Shown: piece by piece, positions 26,627 through 36,764 of the stretch
How the letters are laid out: every line of letters starts with the position of its first letter
Position numbering within the stretch: position 1 is the first letter of the stretch
DNA from: Elsinoe ampelina
Lineage: Eukaryota
DNA: 47,534 nt
Reading direction: 5' to 3'
Assembly (NCBI GenBank): GCA_010093995.1
Contig: ML992535.1
Coordinates: forward strand, 1-47,534
The notes under the pieces: model-generated
The model's input: only the letters and a program-made list of their open reading frames with translations
Database searches by the model: none
Told to the model about the DNA's origin: nothing
Program-made: the position numbers and the translations under genes

Positions 26627-27200
26627 GTCTGGTAGTATCTTGTGATGTCTGGTAGTATCGTGTAGAATCAAAAGTAGAAACGAACGATGCACTCTACAGT
26701 TTCTGGTAGTACCTGGGTGGTCTTGACTACCAGGCAGTCCTCTGGTATGATTGGAGAGCTGAATGGTGTCAAGTAGCATTGGAGCAGAAGTGAATGACGT
26801 ACTCTGCTGTTTCTGGTAGTTTCTGAGGCGTAAGACCTACTAGGCGGTCTACTAACTCGTCATTTCTAGAGACTAATGGAACCAGATCCTGCGACGTCTA
26901 GGCGATCAACTGAAGCAAGATCGTGCCGTCTTCCGCCCCTCGGCAGGAACGCATTTCTCCCTGCATCTATTCCTGAGATGCTTGCTCTCGCAAGACAAAG
27001 GCCGGGCGCAGAAGAGCTCGCAATGCACCGCGAGCGGGAGCAGTCTACTTACGAAGTCACCCTGAAGATCGCATGGAGCCAGATGGGTCGCCGAGACAGA
27101 GTCAATACTGAGCAACCGAAGGTCATTGCGTGGGAACAACATGCTGGCAGGCAATTTCCGAGTGCACGACTGGTAGTATTTCCCGATGGCTGGTAGTATC
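26627..27200 (+). repeat. Cluster of CTGGTAGT motifs, including degenerate ~20-nt tandem pairs and a ~40-nt direct repeat
   Basis: CTGGTAGT at 26629, 26649, 26703, 26813, 27170 and 27190, and reverse ACTACCAG at 26726. Confidence 0.7.
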
Positions 27201-27320
27201 TGGCACAGCAATTAGCGGGTTTTGCCATGGTATGGAAAGTATGGAAAGAGTATCTGGTAATGAATCGCACACCATCTGGTGATCACAGATAGTACCTGGC
27301 CATATACACCTGACAGCTTC

Positions 27321-28313
27321 TCACGCCCCGAACTGCGCAACCCACGCCTTGTCGAACGTCCCTTTATCCACAGCATACTCCCTCACAAATTCCCTCTCCA
27401 TATCATGCGTCCGACTCCCCACCAACACAAGACTATGCAATGGCCTCCCCATGTCAACCTCACTCAACTCCCCCAACGTCCCCGCCACAATCTCCTGATC
27501 ATCCGCGCCCACCCTCGCGACCCCCACGGCCAATTTCTCTGGCCCACAGATCCCCTCCCCCTTCACCTCCTCCGTCTCCACCAGTTGTTGCGCACACTGC
27601 GCTACAGTCATGAACCGCGGCTTCTCGTACACCACTTTCCCCCGCGCCAACATTGCCAAATCCGGCTCTTTCACCTTGATATCCAGCAGTACCAACGTGT
27701 GCAGGCCTAGTTTCACGTTCTCTGCCACGCGGTCGTAGAAGGACATTGGCCGCCAGTTGTCCGTGAAGAATACCATGCTGACGGTTTGGCCAAAGTTGTA
27801 GAGTGAGAGGCCGGTGCAGCCTACGCCGGTGAGGATGGAGGCGGCGGGGAGGGTGCGCACGGGGATGGGTGGGGTGGATTGCCGGCAGCGGAGGAGGAGG
27901 TCGGTGTGGGTTGTTGCGCTGGGGAGGTAAGAGGGAAGAAGAGGCAGGATGGGGGAAGAGAGGGAGGGAGGGAGAAGGGAGGATGGGGAGGGACCTACGA
28001 GAATGGGTCTCCGACTACGAGGAAGGCGACGTCTACTTTGTCGGCGTCGGCGAGGATTTGGTCACTGGAGGATTCGACCATTTCTCGGTCGGCGATGGTT
28101 ACGGAGCGGCCATAGAAGGACTCCTACTGTGGTGGATTAGATTGGTGCAAGACAGTGGTGTACGGATTGCGGGCATACCAGAGCATCTTTTTCTACCAGC
28201 AGAATTGCTGTGTATGCTTCGAGGTAGACTCGTTCAGCACGTTTGACAATCTCCAGCCCTTTGACCGAGATGTCCTTTTCGTCTGCTAGGCCGAGGCCTA
28301 TGAAGTAGAGCAT
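27321..28313 (-). CDS. DPH5: Diphthine methyl ester synthase
   Basis: [50 protein letters not shown] and [14 protein letters not shown]. Introns 28124-28178 and 27919-27998. Confidence 0.96.
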
Positions 28314-28796
28314 GATTCAACTTGTGATCGGATATGCAAGTTGTGGTCAAGAAAAGTCATTCCATGGCGGGGTGGAGTCGAGGTCGAAAACCGGGAGGTC
28401 CCCTCGAAGCGGGATAGCGTAAGTGAAAGACGGGCGGGAGGAGCCGTAGTGCTGTCAATCACCCGCTCTGATAGCCGCGTTTGGCGACAGCGACATGTGC
28501 TTGACAAGCATGGCCTCGCACAAAGGCTCCGACGAAGCAGCCGGACTCAATTCTCCTTCTTGTGGACGATCTGCCCATCATACAACCACCTTCGTCTTTC
28601 GCTGCTCGCCTGCTGCTGTGCTTGCTCGCTAACACCCCCGATCGCCATTCCAGAACCCATTGATCAAGCAAGCTAATACTCATCAAAGATCATCAGAGCC
28701 TGGTGAATGGCATCTGGACGTAAACACATGTGATAGAGACCCGTCAATTTGTCACCTGGCGATCGCTGCCACATCACTCCGGAACGAACCGCCACA

Positions 28797-30093
28797 ATGG
28801 GTGAACGGCCAGCGAAATATCGCACAGAGATTCAACAGGTACGTGGTCAATTTTACATTTTACATCTTACACATACATGTTGCACATTGGAAAGAAATCG
28901 TTTGGGTCATTATGGCACCTACGTCTCCTCCCGGACCGCATCACGCATTGCGAAATGCCAGATATTACCTCTCCCAAGACTCTTTTTTGCAGGAGCAAGC
29001 AGTGAGTGGAGCTGCGCCCAATGAGACAGTGCCGTACATGGTCCCAAGAACCGATCCTCTTGCTCCTTTCTTTCCCTTCCCTATTACCGAAGAGATCGAA
29101 GTCCCAAAGCCCGCTCACACAAAGCCTCTCCTGGACTACACTGACATCTCCAAGATGATGTTCGTCTCTGGCGAGACCGGCGAACCTACTCCAGAGACCA
29201 CCACCTTGATCGAGGGCATAGTCCAACAGCAAGTCATAGAAATGCTCACCCGCGCCACCGCCCTCGCCGCCCGCCGCGGTGTCCGCGCCATCAACACAGA
29301 CGACCTCATCTTCCTCATCCGCCACGACAAAGCCAAAGTCTCCCGCCTCCGCACCTTCCTCAGCTGGAAAGACGTACGCAAATCCGCCAAAGACTCGGAC
29401 GAAAAAGGCGGCGGCGGCGCAGACGACGAAATGGCCTTTGCGGCAGAAGAGCCCGCACCCGGCGTGGGCCCCAGCGTCGGCACCCGCAATGCAAAAGGCA
29501 ACAAGAAAGCCAAAGTCGGTCTACCCTGGGACGTAGCAAGCTACTACTCCGAACAAGCTCCCGAGCGTGAAGATGAAGAAGACGATGAGGAAGAGGAAAT
29601 GAACGCCGCTACCCTCGCTCGCCTCAAGTCCGCGGACGAACGCACCAAGAACATGACTCCCGAAGAGTACCTCCATTGGTCCGAATGCCGCCAAGCCAGC
29701 TTCACCTTCCGCAAGGGCAAGCGTTTCCGCGAATGGGCGGGCTTCGGCGTCGTGACGGAAGCCAAACCCAACGACGACATCGTGGACATCCTGGGTTTCC
29801 TGACATTCGAGATCGTGCAGACGTTGACGGAAGAAGCTTTGAAAGTCAAGGCAGCAGAGGACATGGTCAAGCGAGAGAGGGGAGGTGATGGGGAGGAGGA
29901 CGATGAGCAGGCGGGGAGGAAGAGGAAGAGGAGAGAGCCTGGACTGTTTGATCCTCCTGAAGAGGCAAGGACGCCGGTCGGCCCGAAGCATATCCAGGAG
30001 GCGTTTAGGAGGTTGCAGAAGCCCGAGCAGAAGATGAAGTATATGAATCATTTGCCGGGGCCGAAGATGAAGAAGCCGGTAAAGTTGATTTGA
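28797..30093 (+). CDS. SPT3: SAGA complex TBP-binding subunit Spt3
   Basis: Exon 1 [14 protein letters not shown] (28797-28838), 316-nt intron 28839-29154, then [38 protein letters not shown] and [20 protein letters not shown]. Confidence 0.95.
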
Positions 30094-30413
30094 GGGGCTG
30101 GATGGATTCTAGACCGATACCTTCATCTACTCCAGGGCGGAACTTGGTGCTGTCGTCGAGGGGACATTGTGTAATTTAGCGCTGGAGTTGGGGCAAAAGC
30201 AAGTGTGGTCTCCTGCCTAGAGGCTCAAGGGGTTGATGAGACGTTCATGGTCTCATCTCAACATCGCACTGCAGCACAGATAGACTATCTCCAAATGGCC
30301 GGTCTCTCAATTTCGCCCCTTTGCATACTCTCCGTCTCTTTCATTCCCGAATACTCCCAACACCTTACCGCGTAACACCTTGCTATCCAGTCCTCAAGCC
30401 CGCCCACTTTTCC

Positions 30414-31724
30414 TCACAATATCACTCCTTCATCCTTGCCCTCCTTCCCTCCCCAAGCTCGGTCCGCCGTCCACATCCTTCCACCAAAGCCTCCTTGTGA
30501 CTTCCTCCCAGCAAGCCTCACCGCACCACCTTGTCGTAGTCTATGTCGGTTCCAGCTTGGATCATAAGGGAAGATCTCAGTATCGATCCAGACTCGATGT
30601 CCGTCTAGCTTCTTGGGACCGGATCCGCGAGTTGTCTCCCAGAGATCGTCCCGGACGGGGATGGGGGATGTTGTTCGTCTGGACCCGGAGGTGTCCTCGT
30701 CATTTGAGTCGTCGATGTTGGGCCGCTGGGTCAGTTGGTTGAGGAAGTAGGTGTCCGGGCAAGCTTGTGCTTCTTTGAGCATCTCGTTGTCGGCGTCTGC
30801 GTAGACGGCGTCGAAGAGAGATCTGTTGCGTGTGACGATGGCTGCTCGGACGACGGATGGTGCGATGGTGCGGGCGAGCTCTTCGTATGTGCAGCTGGAC
30901 GCTAGAGAGGGGGTACCATATACAGTACGGCAGATGGGGATGCTTTGTGGTGTTCTGTACGCGGGAGCTTTAAGAATGAGAAGATGTTTCTGTACAAAGG
31001 GCATGTGTTTCGGCAGTGGGGAGTATAAAAGGGGTGCCACATCCTGTTATCTGTCATACCTTGCACTGTTGCACTCGTCGATTGACATATCCTCGGTAAT
31101 GTTGAAGGTGTTTCTTCGGAAATCACACAGTCGATTATAGGCTAGTCGGGACGGATCAGGCAGACCTTGCTTATGATCCAATAACGAACGGACAGCTGTA
31201 TTGTGATCCACGCCTTGTACTGCCACTGGCATGTCTTTGGAGACGGTGTTATCGTAATCATTCATGATGCTGTAGGGCTCAGCAATGTGGACTTCTGGTA
31301 ATAATCCCAGCTCATTGTAAAGATCCAGATACCCAGCCACAGCACAAGCCCGTCCGACCTGATACTTCATCTCGGGGTAGCGGAAAGCCAGTTGCCGGTA
31401 AGTGTCCTCTGTGGCTATACCAGGATGAAATGTGCAGTATGGAACCTGATCCGGCTGCATAGACTCCGGCAACCTGTTTCTCATGATTGCTCGAGCATTG
31501 ATGGCTCTTGCGAAATGAGGAGCGACGTTGTAAAGCTCCACTGCGAATCCATCTTGGTGGCGAATACCTTTGATGATGCAGAACTTGACAACTTCTTCCT
31601 CGACCTGGTCTGGAACAGCCTGCCGGTGAAGCGCATCTAAGCATGCCTGGCGAGTGATGTCTGGAGACCCAAACATCGTTGATGGTAGTTTTGAACACAA
31701 TCTCATGCAGCATGCAGGGGACAT
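30414..31724 (-). pseudogene. Probable decayed copy of an uncharacterised fungal protein family
   Basis: Two ORFs in the same frame are separated by one TAA (31047-31049) with no intron of plausible size around it. Protein-like blocks include CIIKGIRH, RAINARAIM, YPEMKYQVGRACAVAGYLDLYNEL and LLYSPLP. Confidence 0.55.
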
Positions 31725-31829
31725 TGTGGTTCAGCCCTCCATGCCGATACGGCTGATATGGATTTGGAAGTTCTTAATGAGAACATCAGTCACTGTTGAG
31801 TCACCCACACCCAGACGTCCGATGATGGA

Positions 31830-31983
31830 TCCGAGCTCAATTTACATATTCACCAATGAGTGGGTGTCTCACTGATTATTGATCGCCTTTACTAGGAGGG
31901 GCAGAGTTGCTACCTCCGAGCTCAGTTTACACATTCACCAATGAGTGGGTGTCTCACTGATTATCGATCGCCTTCAGTAGGAG
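31830..31983 (+). repeat. Direct repeat, 2 x 69 bp, period 85 bp
   Basis: 31830-31898 vs 31915-31983 (TCCGAGCTCA...CACCAATGAGTGGGTGTCTCACTGATTAT...TAGGAG), 5 mismatches. Confidence 0.95.
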
Positions 31984-32111
31984 TCCACCTGACACCTATG
32001 TACTAGAAAAATAGAAAATCATAACACCAAGTTATTGACCCTATTGTCCCCCTTTGTATCAGCCGACGTGCTGCCAGCCCCATCCCGAGACAGCCGAGGG
32101 GTTTCCGAGTA

Positions 32112-32275
32112 ACATCTGCCCCGGGGATCTGGCCATCCGGGCCATCCCCTAGAACTGGCCACCCCAAGTTTGGAAGGCGGAAAGTAGGGTATAACCCTAC
32201 TGACAAACCAATCATCAGCCGTAAATCGCCAGTTCTAGGGGATGGCCCGGATGGCCAGATCCCCGGGGCAGACGT
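32112..32275. mobile_element. 164-bp MITE of Tc1/mariner superfamily, Fot1/pogo-like, with 48-bp TIRs and TA target-site duplication
   Basis: 32110-32159 is the reverse complement of 32228-32277 with one mismatch. Structure is TA|ACATCTGCCCCGGGG...CCCCGGGGCAGACGT|TA. TIRs carry internal GGCCATCC repeats, the spacer is 68 bp, and there is no transposase. Confidence 0.88.
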
Positions 32276-33097
32276 TAGTACTGTATATCGCACAACGTCG
32301 AGCTCAGGTCGGTGCCGATTGGTGCCACGTGCTGTCTGTTTCCTTTGCCGAGGACGATACCGAAATCCGAGATCCGAGATCCAAGATTCCACCTCACGCG
32401 ACGTTTCTGCTCGACGCACTCCAGCTCAATCCTTTGTTCTCAAACCCACCATGCAACAAGTTTGCGGATATTGTCGTCCGCCTTCTCCACGTGTGAAGTG
32501 AGACATTCCTTACAAGTCTGCAGCTGGTTCTCAGCAGATTGTTTGGGAACGGCAATGTCTTCTCCGCGAATGAGACTTTTGCCCTGAGGGGAAACGTCAA
32601 AGGGGTCCTCGAGCGTGCGCGAACCGTACCTTTCGACCTTTCGAACGAGGTGTACCCTCCCGTAATCCTATACTTAGTTCACACCGCCCTTCCTCGAATT
32701 TGTCTTGCACTCAAACGTATGCCCACCGTCTTATCATACCGGTGACAATAATGGCATACATTCGAGCGAAACCCCATGAACTTTGCCAAAAATAGCACCT
32801 GATAGGGCACAAACATCGCTGGCCCCTTCAAGATTGTGGAAGGGGCCTGCCGATATCGCCACAGCATACTCGAATTACAGTCCGCCCTCATTGCGCAGGG
32901 GCATGCCCCTCGGTAAAGGGTGTACCTGTCTTTATCGGCGATACGAACATATCAGTGGACCCTGAGGTATGCCCGTCTATAAGGCTGGAGCTTTCCCGTT
33001 GGTTGTTGGGTCTTCCAATTCCGAACAGTCACTCATCACAAAAAACGCCACATTAACAGCCTCACAATCCTAACCCATCAACAACTCAACAAGCAAC

Positions 33098-33479
33098 ATG
33101 GTCCGCCTCCTCAGCATCGCCCTCAGTCTCGGAGCCGTTCTGGGAATGGCCCAAGCCTGCAGCGGCGGATTCGCCACCTACCAGTGCACCTACAAGACAA
33201 CCAATAAATTGTGGACTAAGGCAAACCAGGGCCACTGCTGCGTACGTACATCAAACCGCTACTGGCAAACTAGAATCTTGACACTCCTTGCAGGCTCTGC
33301 CCGCTGGCTTTGAGATTCCGGCTGATTGCCCCGTAGAGTGCGATGGCCCAGCGGTCTGCGTCCATTCGAACGACCGCCACCAGTACGTGCCGGCCAATCT
33401 TGAAGAAATCAATGGGATTGTATTAACACTGATGTCTAGATGCCACTGCGGGGAGGGCAGATGCCTCAACATTCCCTAG
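33098..33479 (+). CDS. Small secreted cysteine-rich protein (effector-like), ~90 aa, 10 Cys
   Basis: Signal peptide MVRLLSIALSLGAVLGMAQA. Introns 33242-33293 and 33383-33439 (both GTACGT donors). TATAAG at 32978 and a CAACATG start context. Confidence 0.85.
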
Positions 33480-34020
33480 GCGTTTACTGGATAGAGTCGC
33501 AACCGGACCGCTGCTTGGCGTTCCAATGGGGCCGCACATCGAGGTACACATCATCGAGTTCCGTTGGTTATGTTCGAATGGCGTGGGGCCAAAGTTGTCG
33601 GTATCGCGTAGCTGTCACTCAATTGAACACATTCGCTCACCCAGTGCTGGGATAATTTGATCTTGTGGGTATAACTTGTGAAAGTACGACGTAGCATGGC
33701 TGCACGACATGGATGTGACACACTTGAGTGATTCACTATGATCGGTCGAGTGTCGTACAGTGCGTGGACATGTATCAAATGACATTGACGGCCCTTCACT
33801 TGGTGTACTCGCTGTCAAACTTGAATTGTTGATCCATTCAGAGTCAATTAATCGATCGGCGACAAATGGAATTCTGGATAGTGATTCGCACCCGATTTGG
33901 AACGAAACCAGGGTGAAAGGCTACTATACAAGTCTGTTTCACCCTTTCCCGGATCGAGTGCCGTCTGTACTTCTCGTACCACTTCAGCTCTTCCCACCTG
34001 TCCGGAATGCTTCGTGAGTC

Positions 34021-35585
34021 TCAGTGTCCAAGACCACCATCCTTCTTCTTGTCATGAACATTCCCTTCCGACTTCTTAGCATCATCATCCTCCGTCTTGT
34101 TCTCGACGGGTGGCAGCTCGACCACCATAGCAGCAGATGAGTACATCCATTTAACGCTCGCCTCGTTCCCATAAGCAATGGCGGTGATTGCACATTCCTT
34201 GTGGACTGGCTTGTTGAGCCAGACGAAATTTTTGAGCTTCTTATGTGGAAACTTCTCTTGGATGACCTGGTCTAGTTACCAACCTTGCAATGTCTTTTGT
34301 TTCTGTAAGAATACCTCTAGGTAGTCGTTGTACTCTTCGCATTGGTGCAATTTCTCGCCTGTCACATCGTGAAAGTCATCACCGAGTAGTACAGTGCATC
34401 TGGGGCAAGGACACTCGCCACCAGCCCGCTCTACTCTGCCCTTGAGGCATTCACCCCTTATGAAACGCCGACAGTCTAGAACGGGGCGGATCTGGACCTT
34501 GAGACCGAGGTGGGTAAAGACTTCGTACAGAGCACTGTCAATGCCCTTGAGCGCTGTGTGAGGGAGTTTCAATGTAGTATCCTTGCGGTTATGAGCGTAG
34601 GCGTGAGTCAAGTGGATACACATGTTCAATCCTGTTTCGATTTAGTCACTGACTGTTGCCCTGTTCCTTGGATCATACCGCCAACACGACATAGCTCGCT
34701 CTTCAGAAATTTGGAGACCGGCTTGAGCAGCCATAGAGCTTCGACTCGTAGCGCAGGAGCGATCGAGTCAGAACTGGTGTCCACGTCATATAGGTTGTAT
34801 GTCAAGGTGACACGGTGACCAGATGTCACCTGTTGTACCTCATGCTCGCAGTCTGAGTAGAATGCTGCCCACTGAATAGCGGTCTTTGATTCTGAAGCCC
34901 AGTCGAACGTTTTCTTATGATCCAAGTGTCGTACTTCTAGACTACCACCTGAGACAGTTAGCAGGATAAATTAAGGCGAATTAGATGGTGCCTACCTTGA
35001 TGAGAGCACGGAAGACAGATGACCAGGCATCCGAATTGCTTCTCGCCTCTTGGGGTATCAACGTGAGCCTTGAATTTCCCAGAAGGACCAGAGTAGATCT
35101 ATCGATCGTTAAAAATTACTTGACATGCATACAACTTCACCAGAAGCCCATACATTCAGCTTGTAAAGTTCAGCTCTGATGCGTTTCTGGCCAACAGCAG
35201 TGGTAGACGGTCGCAACAACTGTATGATGGCTTGGACACAACCAAGATCATACGGGCTGAGGTTGATGGAGAAACAGTCAGGGTCCATCTTGATAGCTTC
35301 GCGGTAGGAAGTATCCAGGACATCCTTGCCTTGGTAACCAAAGGTTGCAGGTTGGCAATGGGCGATGAGATCGTCGAGATCCGTAGACTCAGCGGGGAGA
35401 TTGAGCTTCGCAGTAGTGCCTGCTGTAGTCGTGTCGTATCGAAGTGCAAGTGATTGCGTGAGGTCCTTGATTGCGACGCTGCCCCCACAAGCGAAGAGGT
35501 AGCGATTCGCATCATTCTTGATGGCTCGCTTGAGGATCTGGAAAGGACTTGGGTTTGGTCGCTCGTTAGAGGTGGATGCAGCCAT
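34021..35585 (-). CDS. 2-oxoglutarate/Fe(II)-dependent oxygenase (prolyl-4-hydroxylase-like 2OG-FeII_Oxy_3 type)
   Basis: AELYKLN|IYSGPSGKFKAHVDTPR (HxD) and AAFYSDCEHEVQQVTSGHRVTLTYNL (distal His, Arg). Introns 35099-35153, 34949-34995, 34632-34678 and 34267-34314. C-terminus VWLN...YGNE. Confidence 0.87.
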
Positions 35586-36191
35586 CGTGTTCCAAGAGTA
35601 GAGTTATGGAAGGATGTCGGATGTGATATTCTTTGTGAATGGTGGTGATCAAGTTGGGAGAAGGAAGGATCTTTTTATGCCCGCCAGAACTTTACATGTT
35701 GCATTTGCCTTTGACACGTGAAGACACGCTGCCTAATACATCTGTCGATGCGACGCGAATCAGGCAGACGCAGACCAGTTATTCTTCTGCTCGAGCTTGA
35801 AGTCCTATGAAGTATAACAGGGAACACTCACATATACTCATGGTTCGCCCAGGCGAACTCAATATCAAAAACCTACGCGCCTGCTGCCTAGCAGCTGTGT
35901 CTACCCTCCTGGATCAGAGTAGGCGACTTCCACGCGGTTGTTACATATCGATGGCTCATTGGCCTTGGTCGAGAACTCTGAATACTTTCAACGACTGATT
36001 TATAATACAATATAAACTTCTCGAAATTGCGTCCAGCCATCTGCAGAATGAAGCTCGAAGTGCGCTTCACGGGATATCTTATTGCTTCCACCTCGAAACC
36101 GAGATCCGGAACGCCATACCAGGCAATGCCATGTAATTCAATGCCCAAACAGCCCATAGCATCAATTGAGAGACTTCATCGAAACGAAAGT

Positions 36192-36764
36192 CTACCCATA
36201 CCTGCTCCCTCCTCTCCTACTCTTTCTCCTCGGCGCAGTAACAATACTGCTCTCTCCCTCTTCCACCACTTCTACGAAGTTTCCACCAGCATCATTTGCA
36301 GGTATCCGCTCTTCCACCACATAGCTGTTCCGTGCCGGAGGTGCTCTGCTTGTGTCTCTCACTATCCGTTCTTGTCGTATTATCCTCTCCCCTCCTCTCC
36401 TCGGACTGCGGCTCGTCATTTCTGATCTTCTCGTCGACCTCCTCGACCTCGGTGAGCGTGAACTTCTACGAACGACGACTTCTTCTTCCGATATCAGAGG
36501 CGAGCTGCGGCGACTTGTGACAGCGCTGAATAGTAGAACCAGGAGGAGGAAACCAGCTACTGAGCCGAGGACTATGCCGACCACTGCGCCAGGGGCGGGA
36601 GAGTCGTTTTGATTTTGGTAGAGTGTGGGGATTGCAATTGTGCCTTGTCGCTTGAGTAGATCGTGGACTTCGAGCTGTCGCGCCGTTGGACGGATGGGTT
36701 CTGGTAGCGGTTGCGGACCAGCTACCCGCGGGTGGAGCGATTGGAGATGGGCGATTGGAGGCAT
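36192..36764 (-). CDS. Small single-TM protein with Arg/Ser-rich cytoplasmic tail, function unknown
   Basis: 190-aa ORF. PAPGAVVGIVLGSVAGFLLLVLLF TM segment, then EEVVVRRSSRSPRSRR, a pattern seen in conserved ascomycete hypothetical proteins. Confidence 0.75.
   Translation of the reverse strand: MPPIAHLQSLHPRVAGPQPLPEPIRPTARQLEVHDLLKRQGTIAIPTLYQNQNDSPAPGAVVGIVLGSVAGFLLLVLLFSAVTSRRSSPLISEEEVVVRRSSRSPRSRRSTRRSEMTSRSPRRGGERIIRQERIVRDTSRAPPARNSYVVEERIPANDAGGNFVEVVEEGESSIVTAPRRKSRRGGSRYG

Noticed and set aside
26627..27200. Possible CRISPR-like array
   Set aside because: Repeats are only 8-13 nt with irregular spacing, there are no cas genes, and the context is eukaryotic.
28660..28796. ORF-track N-terminal extension of Spt3 (477 aa)
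   Set aside because: Non-ATG start. The family-typical KYRxEIQQ exon is in another frame and splices to MMFVSGE.
32361..32390. CCGAGAT-type 7-nt tandem microrepeat
   Set aside because: About 3-4 degenerate units, an ordinary slippage product.
34267..34314. Apparent in-frame TAA in the 2OG oxygenase suggesting a pseudogene
   Set aside because: It lies in a plausible 48-nt intron (GTATTC...GTAAC...CAG) whose removal restores the frame.
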